A stretch of 63,906 bases of DNA from positions 55,567,942 through 55,631,847 of the forward strand of contig JAUZTB010000118.1 of assembly GCA_034780895.1 (NCBI GenBank). The letters run 5' to 3'. The position numbers and the translations under genes were made by a program. The stretch comes from Rhynchobatus australiae (taxonomy: Eukaryota). Under the pieces are notes generated by a model. That model did no database searches. It was not told the DNA's origin and saw only the letters and a list, made by a program, of their open reading frames with translations. This document shows, one piece after another, positions 13,547 to 26,905 of this stretch; positions within the stretch are counted from its first letter, which is position 1; every line of letters begins with the position of its first letter.

Positions 13547-15409
13547 CTGATCCTTTGCTTACCAAAGGATTGATCCTTTGCAACAAGGATTGGGGAATGC
13601 ATTTCATTTCTCATGAGTGTCTGCTCTGCTGCCAGCCATTGAGCTGCCAATTTGAGGACAATAGGTACAAATGCTATGACATCGGGCAGCAAGGTGCCGC
13701 CTTGGGAATTGCTAGTTAGACGACTACATCACTGCGGGGAATAGCTCCAGCTGGGGGGGTGGGGGCGGGGGGAAGGTTGGCAGAACTGACTAACAATACC
13801 TAAGTGACCTTGATCTGCTCTGAAACCCACTGGAGTGCAGGTTTTTGGAATAGGAAATAATACTACCTCCTACTGAATGAATTCTTGCATAAAGAAAGGT
13901 TCTTTAAGGTCATAACCCCCTCTGTTAACTGAGGGATACCCTATACTATCAAATCATTTTTCAGTAGTTCTACAATAGCTTCTTGATCCACATTAGTGTC
14001 AGCTCTTGAACAAAATTATTCCTGATCTCCAGCTCTTTCATAATATTGTTTTTTTTTCTAGTAATTAAATTGCTTTTTTTTTTGAAGCTGCTGTTGAATC
14101 TGTACCATCTGTTTTGTCATGTGGTCGATGCTAACTCTAACGTGTTTATTCTCAAGTCCCTAGTTATTTTCTAAATTGACGTAAATGCACAAAGTAAATG
14201 CTGTTATCATTTTGAATCTTTCACCTTTGTCAAAGATCTTTGTCAAATCACCTCACAGCTTTGCCCACTCTTGAGCACAGCCATCTTTAAGTTAATCCAT
14301 GTAATAGCATCCCTCATTCCTTTTTAAAATATTGTAGTAAATCTAGTGCATGCTTAAGCAGTGTCTAGATTCCATATTTTATTAACCATTGCTGATCTGT
14401 CCTACCTGCATTATAGCTTTGTGCATAAACTGTGCCAATTTCTGTCCTTGCTCCCATTTAGCAATTAGAGACTTTAATTTTTAACACTTATTTAACATTT
14501 GGAAGAAATAGTAAGAAATTATCTGCATTAATTTTCATCCAGAAGGTATTAAACTTCATCTGCTAAATATTGAACTCTGCTATTTTCATTGATCATGGCT
14601 CTTCCAAGTTCTCTCTCTCATTTTTATGGATTTTGCAACTGTGCCTTGCATGACACCCCCTACCCCACTGTCCATTTAATATAGATCAAAATTGTCAGCT
14701 GTGTGATGTGGAACTCTGGGGTACACATCTACATGCCTCCGTCTACCAGTTCTGTTGGCTTTTCCAATTCTCTGCATTGGAATAGACTAAATTTGTTTCT
14801 GGTCAATAGTATAGTGCATTGCTCTGTAGAAATAAAATAAGTGGAACTGATACAGGACTCTAGGTTTGGATAACTGTTATGTATATGTTAACATTTTGTA
14901 TAGTAATACTGAATTGCATTAATTGTGCTGGATTTTTGCATCTCAATGGGATAAAGAATACAAAATCTTTTTTTTAAGTGGAATGGCTTTTATGTGTCCA
15001 TCAAAATGCTTAATTGTCAACATGCTGTCAGAAAGTGCACACCATTACAGATTGCACAGATGAAAATTAACATGGTTACTTTCTGTAGTAACTCAACTTC
15101 ATTTCCCAAAGCTGATTCATTTCTGTTTTCCTTCTGTATTGATTTGCAAGGTGATCTGGGTGCCAAGTAGAAGAATGTGATCTCCCTGTAAGACACCTTT
15201 CCAGATTCTATTTATGGGCTGCCTGTTGAATTATACATCAACCATAGTACAAGGCAGCTGCCTACATTGGGTATTGGATTCTGAATTTGTTATAAAGTTT
15301 TTGACCTCATGCCAATTGCCACCATGCCAGGCTTGACATCCTGGATGCAGTTGAACATAAGAATGAAGTTTAATTTCCCCCCACCAGTCAGTCATCGACT
15401 GTGTCATCA

Positions 15410-16160
15410 ATAGAACATAGAACAATATTGTACAGAAACAGGCCCTTTGGACCACCATGTTTGTACTGACCATGATGCCAATTTAAACTGAACATCTGCC
15501 TGCACATGGTCTATATCGCTCCATTCCACCTGTTCTCATGCTGGTCTAAATAAATGCCCCTTAAATATTGCTGTTGTATCTGCTTCCACCACCTCCCCTG
15601 GCAGTGTGTTCCAGGTGCCTACCACTGTGTGTGTAAAGCAAAAACTTNNNNNNNNNNNNNNNNNNNNNNNNNNNNNNNNNNNNNNNNNNNNNNNNNNNNN
15701 NNNNNNNNNNNNNNNNNNNNNNNNNNNNNNNNNNNNNNNNNNNNNNNAAAACTTGTCTCAAATCCCCTCCTTTAAACTTTCACCCTAATTTAGAAGCTAT
15801 GCCCTCTACTATTTCATATATCCTGGGGGGGCAAGAGACTCTACCTAGCCTATCAATTTCCCTAATAATTTTGTGTATCTCTATCTGACACTGTAGGGGA
15901 AATGATCCAAGTTTATTCAACTTCTCTCTTATAGCTAATACTCTCTCTAATCCAGGCAACATTTATCTTCTGCACCCTTTCCAAAGGCTCCACATCCTTC
16001 CCGTAATGCAGTGACCAGAACTGCATGCACAATCCAAATGTCTCACTAAAGCTGTAACATAACTTCCTGACTTTTATACTCCTTGTCCTGACTGATGAAG
16101 GCAAGTATGCTATGGACTAGCTTTACCATCTTATCCACTTGTTTGCTACTTTCAAGTACT
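15410..16160 (-). mobile_element. CR1 LINE 3' portion
   Basis: Minus-strand ORF pieces CMQFWSLHYGKDVEPLERVQK and MLPGLER..LNKLG. Its 3' UTR matches that at 23460-23520. Confidence 0.85.
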
Positions 16161-16164
16161 TGGG

Positions 16165-16410
16165 AGGCCTTAAAGTGGCAGGATGGGGAGTAAAGTAGAG
16201 GTTGGGTCAAGTAAGTCTAAAAGGAAGGATAGACAAGGCCAGGTTTATGGGCTGAAATGTATTTACTTCAGTACAAGGAGTATTATGTGTTAGGCAGATG
16301 AATTTAGAGCTGGGATTAGTACATAAAACTACGACTTTGTAGCCATTGTAGAAACTTGGCTGAGAAAGTCAGGACTGGAAGCTCAACTCCAGGGTTCAGA
16401 TGTTTCAATA
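16165..16410 (+). mobile_element. CR1 ORF2 5' (APE endonuclease) fragment
   Basis: Decayed LKCIYFSTRSIMC*ADEFRAGIST*NYDFVAIVETWL; shares 'gttgggtcaagtaagtct.aaaggaaggat' with ~20961-20990. Confidence 0.75.
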
Positions 16411-16724
16411 AAAGTTGATTGTATTTAGAGAAAGTGATAACCCAAGATGCATCTTTTGTAAGTTGCATCTGAGGCTCTTAATTAATGCAGCTTATGCTCT
16501 CTCCCCCTCTTTCTCCGCCCCCCACCCCAGCCCCATAAAAGAAAATAAATAANNNNNNNNNNTGGTTTTGCAAAAAATAGTTTATTAACTAGCCTATTTA
16601 AAGTTCTTAAATCTCCTCATCTAACTTAACTTTTTGATAATGTGCCTACCAGTGCTGCTTTTTTATTTGGACTATTTCTAGCATTGCGTTTTAAGATTTA
16701 TTGAAGGCACCTTGCCCTAAGACT

Positions 16725-17260
16725 GTAAGGTATAGGAGCAGAATTAGGCCATTCTGCCTATTTGAGTCTGCTTCCCCCATTCAATCACAGCTGATTTTTT
16801 TTTCCACAACAACCACCACATTCTTCCACCTTTCCCCTTACTAATCAAGAACCTATCTATCTCTGCCTTAAATACAACCAATGACTTGACCTCCACAATC
16901 CTCTGTGGCAATGAATTCCACAGATTCACCACCCTCTGGATGAAGAAATTTTTGCTCATCTCAGTTCTAAAGGGATCTGAGACTCTCAGTAATGGAAACA
17001 TCGTCCTCTTCATGTCCACTCTATCCAGGCCTTTCAGTATCTGGCAGGTTGCAATGAGATTCCCACCTCCTCCTTCCCCACGCATCGAGCCCCCCCCCCG
17101 CCCCAAAATCCTTCTGAATTTCATGGAGTACAGGCCCAGAGACATCAAATGCTCCTCATACATTAAAGCTTTAATTCCTGGGATCATTGTTGTGAACCTC
17201 TTCTGGACCCTCTCCAGGGCCAGCACATCATTCCTTGGATACGAGGTCCAAAATTACAAA
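16725..17260 (-). mobile_element. CR1 LINE 3' portion
   Basis: ORF 16744-17226 reads LALERVQKRFTTMIPG...SLGLYS...RVVNLWNSLPQ...FKAEIDRFL, followed by a CR1 3' UTR. Confidence 0.9.
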
Positions 17261-20200
17261 TAACTGATTTTTAGTTGCTACCTTAATTTGTTGTCTTGCA
17301 GCCCCACTGCTTTTTTCTAGAGCAGGATACTGATTTCCAGGTTCAATTGTGCCAGTCAGGAAATTTGACCAGGTACTTTGCAATGTGAACAGTCTTTCAG
17401 TCAATGCAAGTTGTGCATTAAATAGATACCTTATTGAAGTTGCTCATTGTGCAATGCTTTTAAGACGTTGCTGGGAAGGTTTGTTCTGAGGTGCATCTGT
17501 CAGAACAACCAGCTGCTTATAGTTCTGCCACCTTGCAGTGATTTTTTTAAAGGGTCCTTCTCTGAGAAAAGTATGGTTTATGGACATGAATTTAGTTACT
17601 TAACAAGTTCCTTCAGTATTTCTTTTGGCTTGCGACCCTTGGTTAACTCTGCTCTCACACTTACCTGCTATTTCTCATTATGCACTCCATAACAGCATGC
17701 AAAAGAGATTATGCAAGGCCATTTGGTGCTCAAGCTCTACTGAATTTAATTGATGGGCTTGCAACCAAAACTGTCACTAATGTGCCAAGTAATAGATTAA
17801 CGTGTCATTGTGGGCACAGAGGCATTTCTAGATGTACTTGCTCCCACACTGCTAACACATCCTCCCCAGTAAATTGGGAGAGACAAGATGCAACTCCAAT
17901 TGTAAACTAAATCATTATTTTTTTCTTTTTGGCTACTTCTAGCCTTGTTTGGGGTCTGACTGGGAATTGAGTAATATGAATAATGTGACATTCTTATCTG
18001 GTTTGTCTAAGACATGTTTTGCAAGTAAATCCTACACATTTTAATACTTATTTCAAGACTTGCAATATTAAGTCCTGTGCCTGAGGATATCCAGAGACCA
18101 CCTACATGGTTTGCACTGCAGACTATGCTAGAGACTTCAATAACGCCATATAGTTTCCCTCTATTGTTTTCCCTGAATCCTCTATACAAGAGATCCCAGG
18201 GTGGGGGGTGGAAGAAGAGGAGGGAAAATGGCATGTATGTGGNNNNNNNNNNNNNNNNNNNNNNNNNNNNNNNNNNNNNNNNNNNNNNNNNNNNNNNNNN
18301 NNNNNNNNNNNNNNNNNNNNNNNNNNNNNNNNNNNNNNNNNNTGGATTTTTCCACAACACAAAGCTGCATCATCTGTGAATGAATCGTAAAACAAGAGTT
18401 GGAGAAAAAAATGTGTTCATTTTACTTTTTTTTCCACTAAGTCTGAGTGAATTTTATTCCGTATCTCAAATGTTTGGTTAGTGATTTATGAATTCTGAAA
18501 GGACAAATTTCTGTTATCTGGATGGCCATAACACAAGGGTCACCTGTATAATAGGTTGACCTCCTATAGGTTCTGGTGGTTAATGTTTGACCAAATTGTG
18601 AGCTGAAAATGAAGTGTTTGTTTTAATCAAAACAATAAAAGCTTTGTGATCTTAAAATTACTTTTGTTGTTATTAAATGTGATTAGCCTGTCAACGTGCT
18701 TCAGATTAGTTTTCATTTACTCTAGCTGACTGATTAAAGGCTCTGGTCATGATGTAAAACAAAGGTCTGAGGCTTTTCCTACATGTATAAAATTCTGCAA
18801 CACAGTGAGAAAAATGTGATCACTAAATTTTGATGTTGCTGGAGAAATAGCTGCTTATCATAAAAAGCTGAGTCTTCGTAAATAGAGGATTGAGTTTTAA
18901 AGGATAGTTGTTGCATTTAGCAATTATGATTTCATATTAGTGTCAACTAGCTGTCACTAATTCAAAATGCTTGGATATTTTTGGAAATATTAAGCCAAAT
19001 GTTTGAAGAAATGAACTGGACCAAGAAAGATGTGAAATAGTTTCTGGTTGTGCTGCAGCCAATTTGGTAAATATTGCAATTTAATCTCAAGCTTCAAACT
19101 TCAGAGGGGGGGGGGGGGAATAAAGTTTAAGAAATGCTTAACATAAATTTATAGTTAGCAGTTGATGTTTAANNNNNNNNNNNNNNNNNNNNNNNNNNNN
19201 NNNNNNNNNNNNNNNNNNNNNNNNNNNNNNNNNNNNNNNNNNNNNNNNNNNNNNNNNNNNNNNNNNNNNNNNCTTACCATAAATTGATAGTTAGCAGTTG
19301 ATGTGTAAATTTCAGAAGATTGTGTCTTGGTTTAACCTGGGAAAGAGACTCTCTTTAATAAGTAATTTTCATTATTCACAAATTTTTCTGCCTTTTTAAG
19401 ACAATGCACTACTTTGCTACAAAGCTGATGTTTCATTCCTGAAGCATTTTAGGCTGAAAACGTGCTTATGTTTTTTATCAAGGGTTGGGGGGTGGGGAAG
19501 GGAAGCACAATTTTAGACTGTGTGACAGACAGGCCCTTGAAGATGACTTGTTTACAGTGGACAAGAATCTCATTTGACTTCTCAATGTTATGCTGCTTCA
19601 GTTTTCTAGAGGATTGCAGTATTGTTATTGCTTTGCTGGTTGCCTGCAACTATTTAAAGGGGCTTCAGAGATGCAATTTCATATTGTATTATGGTCTTGT
19701 TTTCTTAGCTATGCACACTTGTTACATTGCAACAATACAAACCGAACAATCTGCAGTTTTGCTGTAGATAAGTGTTCATCTGTCACTGATGCACAGTGCT
19801 CTCTTGTACAACTTTAGAATAGTATTATTAAATCTTGAATAGCTATTGGACCAGTTTAATTAAGCTTCTGATTAATCATGTGCAGTTTGCATTGCTTATT
19901 AGTTAACACATTGAACCGTAAGCCTGCTATCCAGCCCTGATTTTGAAGAATTCAAAGTGTTTTTAAAAAAATACTTGGTGCACTAGAAATTTTCTTGATT
20001 CAGTAAATTCACCTATCACCTGAAATTTCCCATCCCTTGAAATGGAGTTGCTGATCCTATAGCAAATCTTACCTGGTGCAGATTTGATGGCCAGCATTCC
20101 TAGCATAACTGAGGAGATTGCAGAAAGTTGGTGCTCTGCTGTCTAGTATCAGGTCCAATGATGAGTGTAGACAATAACTGTGGCAAGAGCTTCCTTGAGG

Positions 20201-20429
20201 CTTTGCAGTTTTGTGTGTGTGCCTCAGCAATTCAAACTTTCAAACTGGCTCTCTGCAAGAATAAAAGTTGTAAAGTGTTTTTAACCCAAGTGTGTTCACC
20301 TGCTAAGTTTCATATTTTGGTTTGCTGTGCAATGGGATTTCTTACTGGATTGGAATGAAGATCATCCATGAAAATAAACCAGAGGATCTGGCACCACAAC
20401 CAGCTTTTTTGTATTGTAGTGTAGGTCAA

Positions 20430-23400
20430 GGACTAGGTGATGAATAGTGAGGGGGCACTCTTCAGTCAGGCATAAATGGTGTACTGCCTCCCAGGTGCTT
20501 GGGTCAAGAATGCTGAGCAGTCACAGGACATTCTGAAAGGGGAAGGTGCAGAGGTTGTGGTCCATATTGATGTAGGCAGGAAGAGAGATGAGGTCCTACA
20601 AAGAGAATTTAGGGAGTTGTGCAGAAAACTTTAAGAAAAAACAGATCTCCAGGGTTGTAATCTCAGGATTGTTGCCTATGCCACATGCTAGCAAGATAAG
20701 AACTAGGAAGATAGCACAGTTAAATGTGTGACTACGGGTTTGGTGCAGGAAGGGAGGTCTTTGGGTACACAGATCATTGGGCTCTCTTCCCAGGCAAGTG
20801 GGACCTATACAAGAAGGACGGGTTGCACCTACACTGGAGGGGCACCAATATCCTCAAGGAAGGTTTGCTAGTGCTACTCAGGTGGGTTAAACTAGTGTGA
20901 CGGGTGCATGGAAACTGGAGCAGTAGGTCAGCAAATGGAGGAATTGGTAGGAAGCTGGAGGTTGGGTCAAGTAAGTCTGAAAGGAAGGATGGGCAAGACC
21001 AGGTTAATGATTAAGTTGGGGCCAATGGATTGAAGTGTTTTTTCAATGCAAGGAGTATTGTGAGGAAGGCAGATGAACTTGGGGGCCTGAAGTAATACAT
21101 GGAACTATGATGTTGTAGCCTTTACAAAGATTTGGTTGAGAGAGATGGGCAGGAGTGGCAGCTCAATGTTCTAGGATTCCGAAAAATTGGGATGATAAAC
21201 GTGCAGTCACTATGATAGGGTTATACTAAAGGCCTCCCAATCACCTGTGGGATCTCGAGGGACAGATATGTAGGCATTATTGTGGAAGGATGCAAAAGCA
21301 ACAGGATGGATATAGTAGGTGACTGGGATTCCTCTAATGCCAGAGGCTCAGAAGGGGCAGAATTGTACGGTACCTTCAGGAGGGTTTCTTGACAGTATGT
21401 TGATGGACCAGCTGGGGGCAAGCAGGCACACTAGACCTTGTATTGGGAAATGAGCCTGGCCAGGAAACTCCATTCAGTAGGAGAGCATTTTGTGAGCAGT
21501 GATCATAAACCCCAAGTTTTCAGATAGTTATGGCTAAGAATAAGACTGGACCTCTGGGAGGGAGGGGGGTAGAGTTGTGCTAAATTTGGGGAAAGCTAAT
21601 TGCAACAGAATTAGGAAGGAGCTGGGGAGAGTAGATAATAGCTGCTCCCAATTGGGTAAGTCAACATTGACTTGTTGGAGTCACTTAAAGGCTAGCTGGT
21701 CAGACTTCAGGACCAACATCTTCCAGTGAGAGAAAGACAAAGATGGTAAGGTTTAGGAATCTTGGATGATTGAGAGTGTTAAAAATTGAGTCAAAAAGAA
21801 TAAAGAAGCTGTATTGTGAAGGGTCGTGGCTATCACTTGACACCATTGATCACCTGGGTTGAAAGCCACATCACTGTCAATCAAGGTCTGGCTCCACCCA
21901 CCCATTAGTACACACACTTGACTATTGGCCCCTGTAAATGTCTTTTGTACTTGGCCCTGATCCATTGGCTTGTTTGAATTACCTGGGCTGCACCACAGAG
22001 CCCTCCAGCACTATAAAGAATGCCACATGCGTGGTTCTCTCTNNNNNNNNNNNNNNNNNNNNNNNNNNNNNNNNNNNNNNNNNNNNNNNNNNNNNNNNNN
22101 NNNNNNNNNNNNNNNNNNNNNNNNNNNNNNNNNNNNNNNNNNGTCGTGAAACAATGCTGAAGAGACCAGTGGTAAGAGTGTGCACTTCCTCAAGGGTTAG
22201 GAGTGTCCTAAGTAGATTCCTGGTAGCGTAGAGCCGATGCGTGCACTGAGTCGAGGGGTGGCAGGCATTGTATTGTTTCTTCCTTGATTTGTTTGTACCC
22301 AGTTTGTGTGTGCATCTCACCCTTGTTGCAATTTCCTCCACATTCACAATCACAGTGTGTGTATGAGTATGTTCGTTCCCATTCATTCTGTCTTTGCGAA
22401 TAAATTGTTTTAACTCCAAAGACTATGTCCAGAGTCCTTGCCCTTCGAGACCTTATGAACTTGTCTTACAACAGAAACATCAGCTGAAATTGGACAGGGC
22501 TTTTGAGGAATACAAAGGAAGCAGAAGAAAACTTTAACAGGAAATCAGGAGGGCTGAAAGGAGCCATAAAATGTCCTTAGCAAGTAGGAATAAAGAACCC
22601 CAAGGTATTTCATATATTTTAAAAACAAGCGGGTAACCAGGGAGAGGATGGCATCGCTCAAGGGCAAAAGTGGGAATTTGTGCCTGGAGCCAGAGGAAGT
22701 GGGCAAGGTACTAAACAAGTACTTTGCACCAGTATTCACAAAGGAAGATGTGGAGAATGGTGAGATCAGGGTGGGATATACTGATATTCTCAAAGGATTC
22801 AGTAGGATGCACATCAATTGGAAATATGGGCACAGAAGAAGCAGTTGGAGCTTAATCTGAACAAATGTGAGGAGTTGCACTTCAGGAGGTCAAATGTAGG
22901 AGGGAAGTATACAGTGAATAGCAGGATCCATGGGGGCATTGATGTACAGAGCAATATTGGGGTGCAAGTCCCTAGCTCCCTGAAAGTGTGAGCTCAAGTA
23001 GATAAGGCACAAAAAAAAGTGTACAGCATACTTGCCTTCATTGGTTGGGCCTGAGTATAAAAATCAGGAAGTGATGTTGCAGTTGTATTAAACTTTGGTT
23101 AGGCCACATTTGATGTATTCTGTACAGTTCTAGTCACCACACTGTAGGAAGGAATTGGAGGCATTGGAGAGGGTGCAGAAGAAGTTTGCCAGGATGTTAC
23201 CTGGATTGGAGTGTATTAGTATTAGCTGCAAGGAGAAGTTGAACAAACTTGGAATATTTACTCAATGTTGGAGGCTGATGACCAGATTAGGGCCAAAGTG
23301 AAAGGATATTTGAGGCAAGTTTTTTTTTGTGGTAGGTACCTGGAACCTGCTGCCAGGGAAGGTGATGGCGGCAGATACAATAGCAATGTTTAAGAGGTAT

Positions 23401-23525
23401 TTAGATGGACGTATGAATGGGCAGGGAATAAAGGGATATGGATCGTGAGCAAGCAGATGTGTAATTTAAATTAGCATCATGGTCAACACAGACGTCAGGG
23501 GCCAAAGGGTATATTCCTGAACTTA
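20430..23525 (+). mobile_element. Decayed CR1 LINE with ORF1 (SGNH-esterase-like) and ORF2 remnants; interrupted by a solo LTR, RT core deleted
   Basis: ORF1 remnants MVYCLPGA.V, VVVHI, RVVISGLLP and DGLHL. Endonuclease remnants FNARSIVRKADEL, LDLVLGNEPGQ and SDH. Also EVGKVLNKYFAPVFTKE, C-terminal ALERVQKKFARMLPGL and a CR1 3' UTR. Confidence 0.88.
21810..22473 (+). mobile_element. Solo LTR nested inside the CR1
   Basis: TG...CA termini with imperfect terminal inverted repeats (tgtattgtgaag / cttacaaca) and a 5-bp TSD GAAGC/GAAAC. ATTGG boxes at ~21924 and ~21964, TATAAA at 22012 and AATAAA at 22399. The CR1 resumes on both sides. Confidence 0.8.
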
Positions 23526-24250
23526 TCGTCNNNNNNNNNNNNNNNNNNNNNNNNNNNNNNNNNNNNNNNNNNNNNNNNNNNNNNNNNNNNNNNNNNNNNN
23601 NNNNNNNNNNNNNNNNNNNNNNNNNNNNNNNNNNNNNNNNNNNNNNNNNNNNNNNNNNNNNNNNNNNNNNNNNNNNNNNNNNNNNNNNNNNNNNNNNNNN
23701 NNNNNNNNNNNNNNNNNNNNNNNNNNNNNNNNNNNNNNNGTTTGCAGTTGTTCTCTTGTGAGTGTCTACTGACTTGTAAATATCCTGTATTTTTTTTAAA
23801 CACTAATGCCCACTTGGGGCAAGTACCAAGGTTCAATTGTATATAGGTTTCGGTTAAAATTCTAAATGGGAAGAATTTGCTTATGTAAAACAAGAGGGTT
23901 ACTGTTTTGCACCACAGATCAATTGCTTCATTTTACTTGATGCTCTAATTATTGATGAATAATTTCACAGAATGTATCAACTTTTGTATTGAGTAGCACT
24001 GTGACATTAGCACTTTGTGTGGATGTAGTTGCTTGGACAAGGAATTCAGATTGCAGAGCATTTCTTAAATAGCACAAAGATGTTTCTTTGGGAAGTGGGT
24101 TCTTCTACAGGTAACTTGTTTACATTAATACTGATGTATGCTGTAACTGCATTAGTTTGGTGCTCTTAATTTCAAATTATTTTCTAAAGTGGCAAGATAT
24201 CAAAATATTAAATTGTAAGTCAGACGACATGTTTTGTGCATATAGTTTAA

Positions 24251-24445
<195 letters not shown>

Positions 24446-24619
24446 TAAACATCAACAAACCTATTCTCTTTTAAAGTGTTTAGATGTATTAATTTTCTGC
24501 AGGACATCAACAAATTTGATTCGGCTATTAACTCTCTCAGTTATAGAAACTTGATGTTTTAATGTGTTTTTAAATTTGTTTTATTTCATAAACTTGATTT
24601 TATTTTTCTAATTTTTGAG

Positions 24620-24730
24620 GAACACAATGCGCTCATGATTGATGAAATAAATGACATCCGGATTGTAGGAACCATCACCATTGTGGTCCTCTTTGGAATA
24701 TCTGTGGCAGGGATGGAGTGGGAAGCCAAG
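24620..24730 (+). CDS. SLC12A2: SLC12A2 exon 6 equivalent (TM4), 111 nt, phase 0/0
   Basis: tttttgag|GAA CAC AAT...GCC AAG|gtagga; encodes [37 protein letters not shown]. Confidence 0.95.
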
Positions 24731-24964
24731 GTAGGACTCCAACATCTGAATTTCAGTGAAGTACTCTGATTACGGACATTGTTGCCATTGATCACACGTT
24801 TGCAGTGTCAGTGCTATGATTACACATTGTTTTAACTATGTAACTTGTTGGGGAAAAGTTGTGGGAGGAGTTTCTTATAAATATAGGTCTCAACCTTTCA
24901 TGAATAGTGAAGGAACAGGAAAGTATGGGATAAGGAAAGAAGTGATTTACTAGGTGGATAGAGG

Positions 24965-25250
24965 GAAAGGTTCAAGGATGTACTCAAAGCCTCCTTGAAG
25001 AAACTCAACATCCCCATAGACTCTTGACAATCTTTGCTCATGAGCACTCAAAGCAGAGAACCTAAACACAATGAATTAGGAGCTTATAGAGGCCCTGTGT
25101 AAATTGTGGAAAGAGTAACCACCTCTGAAACTACTTGTCTGTCAGCCACTGTCCCTTCCATTTGTGGAAGAATCTACAGTCCACACATTTGACATTTGCC
25201 ACCTCAATGTGCAAAACTGAAGAAAGTCTTCCATCCCATGGCACTGTGCA
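24965..25250 (+). mobile_element. RTE-clade LINE 3' fragment
   Basis: Reads FKDVLKASLKKLNIPIDS*QSL, then a decayed C-terminal zinc-finger region (CP..CGRI..). Confidence 0.65.
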
Positions 25251-25899
25251 AGAAGGAACTGGTTTAAACACTGCCAGCATAATTGCACAGAATGGGGTAA
25301 ATAAAATCAAAGAAGGAACTGTGGGCTTTTACCTTTACTACCTTATTTTTACATTAGTTACCATGCAACTTCTAGCTATGAATTGCATATTTAGTTGTGT
25401 GTAATAATGTTTTCCACATGCATTAATGTATAAGATTTGAACATTTGGGGGAACTGCAGATCAAGATAACTGGCTCTAGTGGTTCTGCTGAGCCTCTCGT
25501 CTGAAAAGGTTTGTCAATGTCTCCATTACAATTATGCATTCTGTGCTTGATGATTATTTAGTCTGCCAGTTACACCAGATCTTTCAGATTATACACATGC
25601 TTAATCCATCACCTGTCTTTTCCCAGACCTCACTCATTTTAAGCTATGGATGTCCAATTCTTTTCCACTACCACAAACCCCACTTTTTGACTCTTTCTAC
25701 CAGTTGGGCTCTGGCTTATCTTATGTGCCAATATGGTAGAGCATTCTTTTGATATAGTCCTAACCTGCTGCCCTCCATCTACTTCTCGTTATTAATGACT
25801 GTATTAGCACTGTTTCATGGTTTTGTCACACATTGGCAAAATTTGAATCACTGTTCTGTCTGTCCTTTGCCTTTGTATTTGTTCCTTGCCTTTATTTCT

Positions 25900-26680
25900 G
25901 TAGGAGAAACTGATTCTTACAACTAATCCCACCACACATTCTACCATCCTGTTTTCTGAGTACCCTAGCTCTTTGTCCCTGTTTCTATATCATTGGGTTG
26001 CCACCATCTATGCCAAGAGCATCTTCCTCTTCCTTCAACTGAGGATTTAACCTCCATTGTGGTTGATAAGTAACTCTGCTGTGTGTTCAAGTCACACCCT
26101 TCACTTCTATTCTTGCCTCCCCTATTTTCTTCCCAAATGTTTCCCAAAACCACGTTTTCTCATTCCATAGCACTTGCCATAATGCTAAACGATATTTTAT
26201 TTCCCTCATTTCCAGCACCTCCATTTTAATGTCATTACCATTCGTCTTGTCTCCTTTCAGCATTTCAAAGGTTTATGCCAACCTGCTCGGGTCTTTCAGC
26301 AGTCCTTTTTCTCCACCTCCACCCCCTCCACCGTGAGTGACCATTTGGCAGAACACCTCTTCAGTTTGAGAGTATAACTCTTATTTTTCTGGGCACTTGT
26401 CCATTCTATACCTCGTTCTGTATAATTTCTGTACTCTGCCTCCTAACACACAATTGAAATTGAGGGCCAAAATCTAATCTTTTTATTAGCCTTCTGGACT
26501 TGACACTTAGTTCAGGGTTGTTTTTCCTGATAATTTTACTCTGTTTCTTAGGGTATTTTCATCCTGTTTACTTCACACCATCATCTGCCTCTATGCCTAT
26601 TTAAAATTAGTCATTTGAACTTTTATCCCAAGCTCTGGAAGATGATTGACTTGGAACATTTAACTTCCCTTCACTATAAA
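25900..26680 (+). mobile_element. Highly decayed Penelope-like remnant
   Basis: 'gagtgaccatttggcagaacacct' (DRFAEHL-like) and a PLE-type tail near 26635-26680. Confidence 0.4.
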
Positions 26681-26796
26681 TACTGTTTGGCTTGAAGTTT
26701 CCCAAAATATGCTCTTTCCATTATAGTATGTTTCGGATATCCCATAGTCTATCCAGAAAGAAATTACTTAAATATTCCCTTTTTACTACTTTGCAG

Positions 26797-26905
26797 GCTC
26801 AGATTGTACTATTGGGAATTCTGCTAGTAGCCATTACTAACTTCGCTGTGGGAACTTTCATCCCAGCAAATGACAAGAGAGCAAAAGGATTTTTTAATTA
26901 TCATG
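26797..26905 (+). CDS. SLC12A2: SLC12A2 exon 7 equivalent (TM5), 109 nt, phase 0/1
   Basis: ctttgcag|GCT CAG ATT...TAT CAT G|gtatgt; encodes [36 protein letters not shown](G). Confidence 0.96.

Noticed and set aside
17655-17670. Antisense donor sites (cacttacctg; also ~20068 and ~52360) implying an antisense gene
   Set aside because: No matching acceptors or coherent reading frame exist on the minus strand; such sites are expected by chance.
19140-19310. Short direct repeats flanking N gaps (also ~3360/3467, ~11465/11510, ~15640/15748, ~46210/46326)
   Set aside because: These are typical unmerged contig overlaps around placeholder gaps, not biological repeats.
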